A stretch of 64,000 bases of DNA. Source: Chrysomallon squamiferum (lineage: Eukaryota > Animalia > Mollusca). This document shows positions 11,222 to 25,100 of this stretch, piece after piece. Numbering within the stretch: the stretch's first letter is position 1; every line of letters starts with the position of its first letter. The position numbers and the translations under genes were made by a program. Where the stretch lies: the NCBI GenBank assembly GCA_012295275.1, contig CM022671.1, positions 7,874,001-7,938,000 of the forward strand. The letters are read 5' to 3'. The notes under the pieces are model-generated. The model saw only the letters and a program-made list of their open reading frames with translations. It searched no databases and was not told the origin of the DNA.

Positions 11222-14200
11222 TAAATTTATTATTAGTTTTAAATTTTTTTCCAAACTTAGTTTTTATTTATTATAATTATTAATTTGGTGGGGTTTTTTG
11301 TGTCTTTTTTTTTTTTTTTTTATATAAATGTTATTCCAAAAATAATTTAAAATTAATTCTAAGTTTTTATTTATTAATTGTAATTACTCATTTGTTTTTA
11401 GTCATTTTTGAACATTTTGAAGTTATTTACTAGAGTCTTAGAATTAATTTAATGTATTGTATATTAAATTAATTTATACATTTTATGATTAAACAAAATA
11501 ATTACTGTTAAAATTTTGCTTTGGATGAGTAGTACTTTTCTCTGAAAACCTTGAATTCAACCAATCATACATGCAAATATATATACATATATTTAAATGT
11601 GTTTGTGTCTGTGTCTGTGTCTGTGTCTGTGCAAATAAAATCAGTTGTTCATGTGTGACAAACATGAAAATATTACTAGATATTTTGATTTGGATCGTTC
11701 ATATATGACTCTTTCTACTGAAACACATAACCAGAAACATCCATTTGAGTATTGGAAGTAATCTTATAATAATAATAAAAGATTCCCTGGATAACCTGTA
11801 TGTATTACTGAGTTGGAGAAATAGGTTGTTAACTCGAATTATTATTACATTATTGTCATAGATGGTAATCTTAAATGTTTTAAGGTTTTGTTAAACAAAT
11901 AATAAATGTATTTATTTTTTTTTTTTATCATTCTTAGGACTTGTTAACTGAGACATTTTAGCATTTTGAGCATTCTCAGATATAATTTAAATGGTGTATT
12001 AGCTGTAGTTGTGGTAACTAAATTAACAATAAAAAGCTGTGATATCTGTCAACTGTCGCCATGACAACACCTGTATTCTGAGGAAAACATGATAATTATA
12101 TTCCTTGAAATCTGTTAGTTTTATTTTAAAAATTTCTGATTTCTGTAACTTATTAAAATGTTTAGAGAATATTACAAATATTATAAAACTTATATTATTT
12201 TTTATTATCATTATTGTTATTATCTTTATTATCGCTATTGTTATTATTGTCATCATCATCATCATCATTACCATTATCACAATAAATATTAGTAGTTTAT
12301 TTAAAATGATAATGAAAATGCTTTAAATTACATATTTAAGTTCACTAATTTCATTTAAGAAAAAGCAGAAGATACTGTTACTGAAAGTAAACATTAGAAT
12401 CAATAGCTTCAGTACCTACATAGTTAAACAATAATAATTAATTCATTTTAATGTAAGTAATACGTACAAAAACACTAAAAAAACCAAAAAAAAACACATA
12501 ATCATAATTTAAATTTTAAGTCTTTAAAATATAAAATAGTTATTGTTGATACTGTAATGAAAATAGAATTAGTATATCTGTAGTCATATTTTAAACTAGT
12601 ACTAGTATTTACAGGGATAGCACAAAGTACAAGACTATATCTACTGTTTTGCATTCTTATTATATCATACCTATGTAGATAAAGCAAATTATTAGATATG
12701 ATGCAAAGAGAATCCACTGAAATTTTGATTCCTCAGGAATGAAAGAATACTAAGATCAGCTGTTATAGGAAAAGAGTGATATATTTAAGCCATGTGACAA
12801 AAACAGTATCAAATAGCCACAAAGTACATGCATTTTTTTTTTTTATGCTACACAAACACCATTCTAATTAATACTAACACGACATTAATCAAAACATTTT
12901 AAACCATATATTTAAGTTTACTTATTTACACAAAAATAAGCAAAAGATGTACATTACTTAGAAGATTATAATTTTTTTTTTATTAGAAATCTAGCATTTA
13001 TAATATCCATGTTATTTAAAAGCTGTTTATCAGTACATTTACTGTTCTGTATTCCATAAAAATAAAGCTTATAATATGAACTTGATTGGAAAACGGTCCT
13101 TTGTATTAATACTACATAAATTCCATTCCTTTTGTACATAGTTATTTTCATTCTATATTTAACTGCATACCATATATGTTAATCTACAATAAAAAGACAT
13201 TTAATAAGCTCTACAAAGGCTCCCAGAATCATCTGTCATCTTGAATTCTTTTAGATCTTTGCATTAATAAGACAGTACGGTGGGTATAATCATTGCATTG
13301 TGATGGAGTGGCTATCTCCTCCATCTTAAAACAAGTACAGCAAATCTCAGAACCACTCTTGACACAAGCAATAAATCAAGGTAGAAAGTGTAATTAACCT
13401 GGTCATTTGATTATACAGAGGTGTGAAATGTCCTATAGTTGGGGAGGAGGATATGTCACTGTAGTTCAGTGCTGTTCTGTGATTCATCAGTGAAACTGTT
13501 ATTTGCTTCAGTGACTGTCAGTGTCATCTAGGTATTACGTGGGTGTTTGTGCAAGTATGTTTGTGTTTCAACATACATACATATATATATATGGGAAATA
13601 TGTTTTACAACAGTATACCAATGGAGAAAACTTTTCACACTTCTGTCATTAGATGCAGACACAGTGAAAGGTACATGTTATATAATCAGTTCCTCATACA
13701 CAAATTTACTAAAGCTTCAACACTAGATGATAGTAACACATGAGATCTGTTCTTTAATAAATTTATTAATAAATGTATTAATTATTAAATTTATTAATTA
13801 TGGACACACAATAAATACTTTAAAAATATTAATGATAAATTATTTTTGCAAATTTTCCTTTTCTGTTATTAAGTATAGCCTTTTAACAAGAAAAAAAAAG
13901 AGTGAGCCAAAAAACAAATACAACAAACAAAAGAAACACAAAACATGGCATTTTCAGAATTAAATACCAACATTAATGACATATTTACAGGCTCACTCTT
14001 AACAGATATTTTGACATTGGTTTGAATAAGGGAGATAATTCAGAAAGCCCAGTTACTATAACATGCCACAAGTGAACAGATTAGTTTTGTGTTTGTTTAC
14101 CTGTTGGAAATTTATATTGATATTCTCAGGCCTCTGTTCTGAAGAGAACAAGAAGATTAAGTGAAAATGTAAATAAAGAAAAACATGGTTGAATTTTACA

Positions 14201-14701
14201 TCAGTTTAAGAAAGGAAAAAAAACAACAACTGATAAAGGCCAGAGACATTTTTGCTTGTTTTTGTAATGTAAATATTTTGATTCAAATTAAATTTTGTGA
14301 ATGGTGTATTGAATACCAATAATCAATTTAAGAATGAAACTTAAAGGAATATAATTTAATTGTTTTTTTTTTCCTTTTTATATATACTACTTTGATTAAT
14401 TATATTAATTAATATTATACTTGTATTTATTGACTTACAGAAGTAGGATATTTATGGTGTACTGTCAGAGAGTTACTTTTATAATCCTGATTTAAATTCA
14501 TATTTTTTTTATGCATTAGCATTTCTCTATATATAGGTATGTCTATACAGGTTTGTGTATGTATGTGTGGTGTGTGTGTTATATATGTATGGATGTGTTA
14601 TATATTTATGTATTAATGCACATGCATGTGTATATGTATGTTTTTTCACACACATAGACATGAAAACATGACTTAAATTATTATTTAATTTCATATTACA
14701 G

Positions 14702-14993
14702 GTAACCATTATGGCACTCCAAAGCCACCAAGGGAACCTCAAGGTCCTGTTCGGAGATCTAACTCAACAGCACAACTTCCTAACTACCACCCTTTCACCG
14801 AGGGGAGACGGAAACGCACCCGAAGTACAAACGAGTCGGGGGCATCCCCAGAGCCTTACAATGAAGATCAGCCCCCACCCCCAATGAGCAGAAAGAAGTC
14901 CCTAGAGAGAGCTCACAGCTGGTCCAACTTGGGTCCCCTGCCTCCAAACTGGGAGATGGCTTTTACTGACGATGGTCAGCCATATTTTATAGA
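14702..14993 (+). CDS. MAGI: MAGI exon 4 (end of GK, linker, first half of WW1)
   Basis: attacag| GNHYGTPKPP...EGRRKRTRS...LGPLPPNWEMAFTDDGQPYFI(D) |gtacgt. 292 nt, phase 1-2. Confidence 0.97.
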
Positions 14994-15031
14994 GTACGTA
15001 TTTGGCTAATTTTGTTTGTATGTAGTGTGTG

Positions 15032-15069
<38 letters not shown>

Positions 15070-15168
15070 ATTTAACAGATGCAATTATTTTTAAAATTTT
15101 AACTTTTAGTTTTAAATATATGTAATTTTTAGATGATTTTTTTCTTTCTTATTTTACAGATTTTTAAT

Positions 15169-15199
<31 letters not shown>

Positions 15200-15397
15200 A
15201 TAATTATATATACATCACCTATTTGCTTTCTTCACAACTATCAAAATATAAAACTCTAATAATTATCAAAGTAAATCAAAATAACAATTCATTATTTTTT
15301 TTATAATATTAAGTCACAGAGTATAATGTGTTATTTTCTACAGTAATTAAAGTGTCTCAGTTTTTGGATGTAATTAACTTTTGTCTTAATATTACAG

Positions 15398-15480
15398 TCA
15401 TAATCATGAAACCACTCACTGGCTGGATCCACGACTAGCTCACCTGAGGAAGCAGACACCTGCAGACTGTCAGGATAATG
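15398..15480 (+). CDS. MAGI: MAGI exon 5 (second half of WW1)
   Basis: attacag| DHNHETTHWLDPRLAHLRKQTPADCQDN |gtaagt. 83 nt, phase 2-1. Confidence 0.97.
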
Positions 15481-16997
15481 GTAAGTACTGCCAGTTAATT
15501 TTTTTGTGTGTGTGTGGTTTTGAAACATTGAGGATACCTGTGTAATGGTTTTAAGTTGGAAAGTGAAATTTGTTTTTAACATGCAGCAGTCAAGTCTGTT
15601 ATAAATAGTTTTTCTGAATAAATATGTTAAAACTGTACAACAACAGGAAAATGTTCTCCAAAACACAATCAAACATACACACAGACACAGAGTTACCAAA
15701 TGAACAAACTCCCATACAACTGTACATTGGATGAGATACTTAAATTTTGTCACTAATTTTTTCCCATCGTGAAATATGTGTTTACTTTTTTTTTTTTTTG
15801 ATAAACTTTATTAATCATCAGTAAAAAATATTTTACTAAATATTAAAACGTACATAGAAAATTGAAAAAAAAAAAGAGAGAGAGAAATTTTTTTAAATTA
15901 AAATCCCTCCTGAATTACTTAATAACATGAAGCAAAACAACTGTTTCTTTAGATTTCTTCTTCTTCTTCATCTTTTTTTTATTTTTCAAAATGTCAGAGG
16001 AGGATGTGTATGTAAAAGATTGTAAAGAATCTTTTTGAAGTGAGTTTTACAAAAGTGTCAAAGACACATAGCATTGCTGTTTATTTAACTCTTTTTTTCT
16101 ACTTCTTCCATTTGACTCTGGAATAATTTGATCCATCATAATATTTGCAGGTTAGCTTGTAAATAGTTTGATCTCTGACAGAGCAAATAGAGAAAATCCT
16201 ATCAAATTTACTATGTGGAAAGGTTCCATGGGTGCAAATACAATGTATATCCTTGAATAACACAAAAACAAAACAGTGTAGAGATTTGTAGTTAGGCCTT
16301 TCCGATTTACTGGCAACTAACATTGTAATTTAGGCCAAAGCTTCTAAAGATATAATTGGATGTGGAAGATGTGGTTTTCATTTACAAACACTACTGATTA
16401 ATATTATCATTATTACTGATTTTGTTGTTGTTGATGTTGTTATTTATTATTATTATTTTTTTTTGGCTGATGTAGTTTTAAACTTACAGATTCATTTGTA
16501 AGACCAACAGTTTTTAGAAAATATATAGCCAAATCATTATTATTTTATTAAATTAATAATCATAGTAATAAAATTAAAAAAATAAATAAATAAATAAATA
16601 AAAATATAAATTTAAACAAATTATTTATTAACAGATAGTCTTTGGTGTGTTCACATAATTATCACTTTATTTATAATAATGATTTTTATATTAATCATTT
16701 TTATACAAATGAATGTTTGATAATATGAAATTCCATTCAGTAAAGGTCAGATTGCTAATCAACATTTTTCTTGTACATGAAATAATTACATTAATTATAT
16801 TTTTGGTAATTATCCCTAATTACATGTAAAGAAAGACCATAATTACACATTATTATGAAGTGTTACACTCCATTTAACTTGTAATCAAACAGTTATTTCT
16901 GGAATGCCCAGTAAACGAGTAGAAAATATAAATTATAATGAATGTAAAATAATGGAAATAATACAAATACTGTTTTATATATATTATAGTCTTTTTG

Positions 16998-17003
16998 TTA
17001 TTA

Positions 17004-17056
<53 letters not shown>
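16998..17056. repeat. (ATT)n microsatellite
   Basis: Read directly. Confidence 0.95.
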
Positions 17057-17653
17057 TTATCTTGTAGTAATTGTGGTCTTAATTAAGTCATTTTAAAAAT
17101 AATTTTTGCAAAATACACACTTACAAAAACTTGTACATACATACAAACAGACTAACACACACACATACACATACACTCACACACATCACACTTGTACAGA
17201 TTCAAATGCCACAGACACTTATATGTATTTATATATCCTAATTACTGCTTCACTTGAGAATAATTTCCATGCTGTTGGTCTGCAGAATATATGTGGCATT
17301 TCCCCTAATTCTGTTTAATTGATTTGCACATTCTTCTGAAAGATTTTCCAAATTTCTCGCTTCCATTCCTGTATACTGTGACTGGTGATTTAAATGGTTT
17401 TTCCATTCTCTGAGGTATGAAACAATAAACAGATTAAAAGGTTTACACATGAAGGCTCTTGTGTTCCTGTTAGACTGTAAATAGAACATTTCTACAGGAA
17501 TATTCTTTGACCAGCAAGATCATATTGGTTTCTAGGTTCCATTGCCTACCTTTGATCTTGCTTTTAGGTAGATGTATATTGACCATTCTGAAAATAACTG
17601 ATGGAAAATATGCTTTTATCATGGTTTTCCAGGACCAGAATAAATTAAATAAG

Positions 17654-17727
17654 TAATAATAATAATAATAATAGCAATAATGATGATGATGATGATGATG
17701 ATGATAAAAATAATAATAATAATAATA

Positions 17728-17791
<64 letters not shown>

Positions 17792-17800
17792 TAATAAAAT
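17654..17800. repeat. Compound (AAT)n/(GAT)n microsatellite
   Basis: Read directly. Confidence 0.95.
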
Positions 17801-18501
17801 AAATAAATTAATTAATTAATAAGTAAATTAAAACATCCATGCATTCAGTATTGACAGTTGCAACAAATGTCTGTTTTTATTTCCAATTCCAGATATGGCT
17901 GATTTATCAAAGGGCATGTTCTTTTCTGTTGGTACAGATGTGCTTATAAAAACACCTTTGTTGATAAGATTAGTTAGCCAAGTAATGGCAGCAAACATCG
18001 TCTCATATATCACTTCAGAGAAATATGTTATGAAGTATTATAAAACATATCTTCATTTTATAAAGTTGATCCATCTTAGTTTGTTTTTCAGACAGTTCTT
18101 TTTAAGATAAATTTTTTGATTTCTAGCATGTTTTTTTTTCTTTCTTTTTTTTTCCCTTTCTGTACATATCAGGATTTTTGTTAAATAAGATAAAAAAAAC
18201 ATGAGATTATTTTGTATTTATTTATTTATTTATTTATTACCTTTTTTTCTTTTTATTTATTTTATATTTAATTTTTTTTTTTCTTTTTTTTTGTGTGTGT
18301 AAGTTGTTTTTCTTAGATGTTTTTTTTTTTTTTTTTTTTTTTGTCATTCTGTCTTTTACACTATAATTACTATTTAACCATTTCTCTACTCCTCCAACAT
18401 ATATATATGTAAACAATTATTTTTAATCAGATCTGTCTTTTGTCTTTTATAAATGTGTTTAAATTATTAATATAATAATAATAACATATTTAACCAATGC
18501 T

Positions 18502-18537
<36 letters not shown>

Positions 18538-19139
18538 AAAAGAGAAAAATCTAAAAACAACAAAAAAAATTTTTTTTTGCAAATGTAATTATACAAATGG
18601 TTTTATTAATTATCACACAATTCATTAATCACTACAACAGTTCTGTCAATCAGAAATATTCACCGAAAGCTTAATTAAACAGAAGTGGATTTTTATTGAC
18701 AGAAATGAGTTGTTATTTGAAACTCCACTTTGATTTTTAATGTCCCACGGAGACCATTACTGCAAAGCATCCATGGCAGATAACTACAATAGTGTGTGCC
18801 CCATTGTTATCACAGCATGCAGCCATTGATCAGTGGAATGGGATATTACTCAGCATTTGATTGGTCACGAACCAAACAGGTTATCATAAACACCATGTGG
18901 TCATTTTACTCATAACTGCAATAATCCTTATTCGTTTTTTTTTTTTTTTTTGTCTTCTTCCCTGCTTTGTCTAAACCTTTAATTGGATTATAGCACGGAA
19001 AGTTGATGATCAATCTCAGTAGAGTTTTTTGATTTGCTTAATTATAAAGTGACCTGCATTGCTTTTTGTGTCACTGTTAGGATTGAGGGAAGCAGAATAT
19101 AATCTTTGTTTAGAAAGAATGCTATGCATGTATACACTT

Positions 19140-19170
<31 letters not shown>

Positions 19171-22100
19171 TTTATCTTGCTGTGTGTGTGTGTATGTGTG
19201 AATATATATATAGTATAAATAGTGCACCTAAAATTTTGAAATTCAAAAGTTTTTACCACCAGATACTATATATGCATGCACACACACTAACAAGTTATTT
19301 CATAGCAAGGTGTATGATATTAATATATTCGTGGGAATGGAGTGAATACTTACAAAGACAGACAGAGATTTATTGGATTTATTTCTCTGTTAATAATGGC
19401 AAGTTCAGTGCTGGCTGATGTGTCAAGTAATGTTGATGGCTTCATATTAGGCATTACAGAAAGATAGAGAGATTGTAATTAATATAGCTCACACAAGCAT
19501 GTGAACATAAAAAGAAAATGAAATAATTATTCATTTAAAAAAAAAAAATGTCTTACAGAACTATATTTAATTCAACAGAGAGAGTTTATATTTAATGTGT
19601 CAAATGAAGGCTTTTTAAATGTTTATTATAAATGACTTAATTTATATTTTATTTCTTTTTTTGTTGTCTGTTCTTGGTTCTCACCTGAATACAGAAGTTG
19701 TTTTAACATGTTAGTCTAAGAGATTATCATTAAAAAAAAAAGAAAAAAAAAAAAACCAACATGTCTGGCTTGGTCCATGAACCTTTTAACTGATAAAACT
19801 TTGACAAGTTTATTTTCACTTAAACATAGTTCACTTTCAGCAGTAGAATTAATGTGATAGCACTGACAGATGAGAGGATCCCAGATCCTGCTTGATCAGC
19901 AGAATTTGCAAATCTTGGTTAAATACAAGGTGCTTATAATAAAATTATAAAATTAAAATAAAAAGTAAAGGGATACAGGTTCAGCAGTAATGTATGTAAG
20001 AACAGTAATGTTAAAAATTGTTACCGTCATTACAATACAAAATTGTAAGTTACAAATTAGCAAGTTTTATGAAAAAATTTATATTATAAAATTAAAACAA
20101 AAACATAAAATAACAGACTGTACACTATTACATATAATGTATAAACTTACAACATTAAAATAACTTTGCACAATATTATTTATGTGTGCTGTTTAAATAA
20201 CAGTGTAGAATGCAGTCATCTGCTTTAAGCTGTAACATTAAAATAAACACTATAATTGGTTATTTATGTAACAAAAATGTATTTTTATATGGTAGTTAAA
20301 AAATACTGCAGGACATATAACCAATGGTTTTCTATTCTCTGTATAGCCATAACAAAATTAAATAAAGCTGTAAAAATAGTTCTGATGGTGGTAGCTTAGG
20401 TTTGCTCTGTATAAACTGAATCATTTCAAAATAAAAAAATAAAACATAATATATATCAAAATATCAATTAACTATATTGTGCTTGTTGCTAAGAATATAA
20501 TCCTAAAAAAATAAAAATATTAATAATAATAAATTTTTTTAAATGTTTCAGTTTTGCTGATAAGTTTGTGTTAGGAGATAATTCTAATTAATTGGCTCTG
20601 ACATTTGTATCATCAGGTAGTCTTGCAAATTGTAAGTAAAAGGTACAAACATGAGTAATTTTTTATCTTGTGTCAAGTAAGCAGATATCACCTTTGTGGC
20701 TTAATTATCTTTATTTCTCGGGGTAACAGAAGAAAGAATAAATAAATAAATTGTTGGCATCTGACAAGCACTGCCATCACAAGATTTTAAGATTAGACAT
20801 GTAATTAAGAAGACTTTTCTTTTCATTCTCTGTTTATGTATATTTTTAAATAGCAATGTAATAATTTTTAATAATAATAATAATAATAAAATCAGCATCC
20901 TGAAATTTCATCTGGCATATAAGAGAAATTTTCCCGTTTCAGAATGCAAGGTTTTCAAATATATTTATTATTGTTGTTGGTTGTTCTTTTTATATATATA
21001 TATATAACTTTAGAAAATTACATCATAAGTAAATAGAGAATGCCTATATAATTCTGTTCAAACTTGCTGTTTTTAATAGTCATACTTTATTAGTAGTAAA
21101 GTTTGGCATGGAGAAGAAAATACTACACTTACTGGAAAATGTATAAAATTAAACATCAATACAAATTATTTAAATTCTATGTTCATGTTATCAAAGATAC
21201 ATTTTTATTGGCTGAACCAAACAAAAATATAAACAAAATAACCATTTTACACCTACTTTGCATTTTGTTCTGTTTATTTAAGGGGTATAAAAAAAAAAAA
21301 AAGTACTTGTTTAATTTGGCTGGATGCTGTCAAACAAATGTTGTTAAAGTTACTGTGAGTAATGTGTTTTGTCATCTTAACTTACCTAAATAGTAACCGA
21401 GTGTCTCATTTCACATACTTTCTTAGAGAAAAATAAAATTACTGATTAGCTTTGATGTATGGCACAGACAATGAAGAATTTCTTAATGTTCTTGATTGTC
21501 TGACTGCGACCCCACTTGTCAGAGTTTAAGAAATGCTTGGTGTCCATTCGCTGATAACAGCAGAAACTGGCATACCTTTGTTTTTACCTCTTATCGCCCA
21601 ACAACCATCTTCACAGGATATGATAGCTGTCATGGTTCATGGAGAAGTGATATGGCTCTTGGAATGGCCCTCTCAGACCACCGTTGTTCGGCAGATGTCT
21701 ATAAACCTGATGTAATGTTTGTGTAGGGACACTTGAGAAATGCTCTTACACAGGATCTTGTTTGTAGTAAATCTTACACTTGTTTTGAGGTAACCTTTAG
21801 TGTCTTTGACAGTGGTGTAACATTACAGGTGTATCTTTGCCACCAGGTGATATGCTGGTAATTCGCCTGACATGGAGATGTTTGTAGATGTGTTTTATCG
21901 TACAATAACTTTATCTCTGCCCCCTGCCTCAGTAAGGTGTAAGACGTAGGTGTAGCTTTCGATGGGAGGTATATGTAAAGCAAATGTAGACTCTCTCATG
22001 TTGAATAATGAGAACAAGTATGTGATTATCAATACTGCTGTGTGATGCTGGGGGAGAAAGGCTTAAACAGATCATATTTATTTCCAGAAGATTGTTGTGC

Positions 22101-25100
22101 TGATCAGCCTTTATAAATAATAAAGTATAGCTATTAATTACAAAACAAATAAATTTTGAAGCAGCTGCTTTCTGTTTTATCTCGTATACCCATAATATAA
22201 CATTATTAGAAACCATTTAATATCATATTAGTTAATATAATTTTACATATGCAGTTATTTATTACACATATTTCATAATATGTATTGACATTATTTATTT
22301 AAATAAATTACCACATGATTTTTTAATGAAAAATTGAAAAAAAAAAAATGTTTTTAAAAACAACACCAACAATCAAACGTAGTAAATAAATTAATAAATT
22401 AATAGTTGAATTTATATTTTTACAGTAGGAAAGATTCAAAAAAGATGACAACAAAAAACAAAAAAAAACCCCACAATATGTGTAAAAGTGTTTTAAAACT
22501 GGCCTCAACAAATGAGTTCAAAGTGAGTTTATGTAGAATACAACTACATCCATTTTGTTGATTAAGTTGTGCTGTAACTAGGCCTGTCTCCAATGCTGTG
22601 GAAATCAAAACATTGATCATTTGATCTCTATGATGGGATCAATATACATGATGGTATGTGTTAAATTAAGTAAATGAAGTGATTTGTTAGCCTGATTTGT
22701 TAGTTCAGTATAAAAGGGAACTTCACATTTATTACTATCACAAACAAGAGAATGATGATGTCATTTATGATGTTTGTGAACATTAAATAACCATTCATTC
22801 ATTGATTTGTTGTTTTTTCATTAGTAAATAATGCATTTTGTTTATATAGCAACTGTCAGTGTGTAAATAATAGATCTCTGTGTGCCGCAGACCACAAACA
22901 TCTTAGCAGAGAATGTAAACTGTTGAATACAGTTATTTTATGATAAAGGTTTATGCAGTTTAAAATATTATATTAATGCTAAATGAAATAGGATAGGAGA
23001 TAGTTGTTTTTACATTATATAATGCATTCTTATGATGTGTTAAACAAAAAACAAAAATTGTAATTATTTTCATTATTATTATTATTTACTGGTTTTTTTA
23101 TTTTATTATTATTATTATTGTTTTTAATTATTTAAAAAAAAAATTATTTTCTTATATTCTTTATTTATTTACATTTAAATTTTCAAATTTTTATTGTTAA
23201 AGTGACTTCAAAGAAAGTTTGTTTTGGATTGTTGTTTTTTTATAATATTTATTTCAAATCATATAACTTACAATATTAAAAATTATTTATCTGTTTGTAA
23301 AACTATTTCTGATGGTCAGAATCACTATGAACACATAAACTTGAATAATAATAAACAATAATGAAAAACAAGAATGGACCCCAAACAATTACAGGAAAAT
23401 ATTTCTTCCGGTCTTAACTACACTACAGCCGACTTGACCATGTCCGAAAAATCTTTTGACCTTGTCTGAGAAACCTCACACCCTGTTCAAAGTGACTTTC
23501 TGTGTTTAGGAAAAGCTGAATAGTGAAAACAGGACAAAGCCATCTCACTTTCATGTTGCCGAAAAGTAAATTACTAATGTTTACTGACTTTGAATTATTT
23601 AAAACCATGATTTCACATAATAATAATGGTCATTGCCTGGAGCTGTCTAGCTAATCCTGATCTTGCTGTAGTGGTGTATTGGTTCTGTGTGCTCAGACTG
23701 TGTTGTTTTATGATTGTCATAAAGCCACAATTGTCTGGTTTATTGTTTGTTGTCTTCAGAATCTTTCTGGCTGTCATGTGAATTGAGTTGGTATTGAGAA
23801 TATCTGATCATTTGCGCTACAGATCCTGCGCTATTTCACAAAATGAAGCCTAACAGTAAAAAAACAGTGATGTTTTACATATAAACCAGTTCTGTCTTTT
23901 GATGTATTTATTTCAGATGGATTAGAAAATATAAAAGGGAATTGCAAATAATTGAAGTTGTTAGTAAATGGAATAAATGACTGGTGGTAATAAACGGAAT
24001 CATAATAACTGATTTTAATAAATTACTGTAGAATTTGTGAAAACTGTCTTGCCCAGAAAGTACAGAATGAAAAACTGAAATGATATGATTGATTTCAGTT
24101 TAATGGATAACAAAGAAAGCTTGAACAGGATAAAATAAATATTTAATTACATTATAGCTGGTCAAATGTATCACTGAGCAGGATTATATTATATATAAAA
24201 TTATCTTGGATTATATTACAAAAGTATGTATTATTTATATTCTAAGATATAAGAAACAAAAATACATTTAAATCTGCACTTGAAATGTTTAATTCCACAC
24301 ACAGACTTGTCACAAAAATTAATAATGTCATTTGTAATAAATAAAATAAATGAACAGTATTTTAATTCAAAATGTTTATACGTTTTTTATTTCTTAATCC
24401 TGAATGTTTTATTCTTGGTTTGTTTTTACATATTTAACATTTATCATAAGTTTTGTGAGTTTGATCAGTTATAAATAATATAGATAAAATCTGGATAAAT
24501 AAAGCTTCCATTTTGAATTGTTATTTTGTAAATGAGGTCTGTTTTCAAACACATCATCAGAAATCAAAGTAGTATGTCAGTTGTATTTTTTTTGTTTTGT
24601 TTGGTAAACTGTAATTAAATTTTGCTCCAGCTATTGTGGTGTAGTGAGGCATGAAATGGAACTCACTCATTTGTATACATACAAGTGTTTATACCTGTCC
24701 TGTTCTGTTACCTTCAACCGGTTATTACTTGATGATTCCCACAAATAAAAAAGCTTCTTGTCATAGCTGTTATTCACTGTAAAATTCATGTTTGATCAAG
24801 TCCATTGTTATCTACCTGTCAGTGATTGTTTCACAGGTACATCCTTAAACCTGTCACCAGCCAAAGGGGTTGTGCCACCTGTCCTAAGGGCAAGATACTC
24901 CTTGGGAAAAAAACAACAAAAAAACACCCCTTTGTTCCCTAGTTCCTCCTTTGTTAATAGATTATATGCTCCAGTGGGAAGTCATCAGACACAAGTGGTG
25001 GATTTTAATAGGATCAGTTTTGGGGTTCTTTCTAAAGACCGGAAAATGATGACTGAAATAACTGTTTCTTTGTTGCAGTGATAAAAATACCTCTGCTTTG

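Noticed and set aside
12023-12326. Poly-Ile/Met hydrophobic ORFs (likewise 16904-17086 and 40775-41017)
   Set aside because: Translations of ATT/CAT/CTA microsatellites.
13440-13495. Sequence loosely like a tRNA or SINE head
   Set aside because: Too degenerate; I could not build a cloverleaf or find a clear B box.
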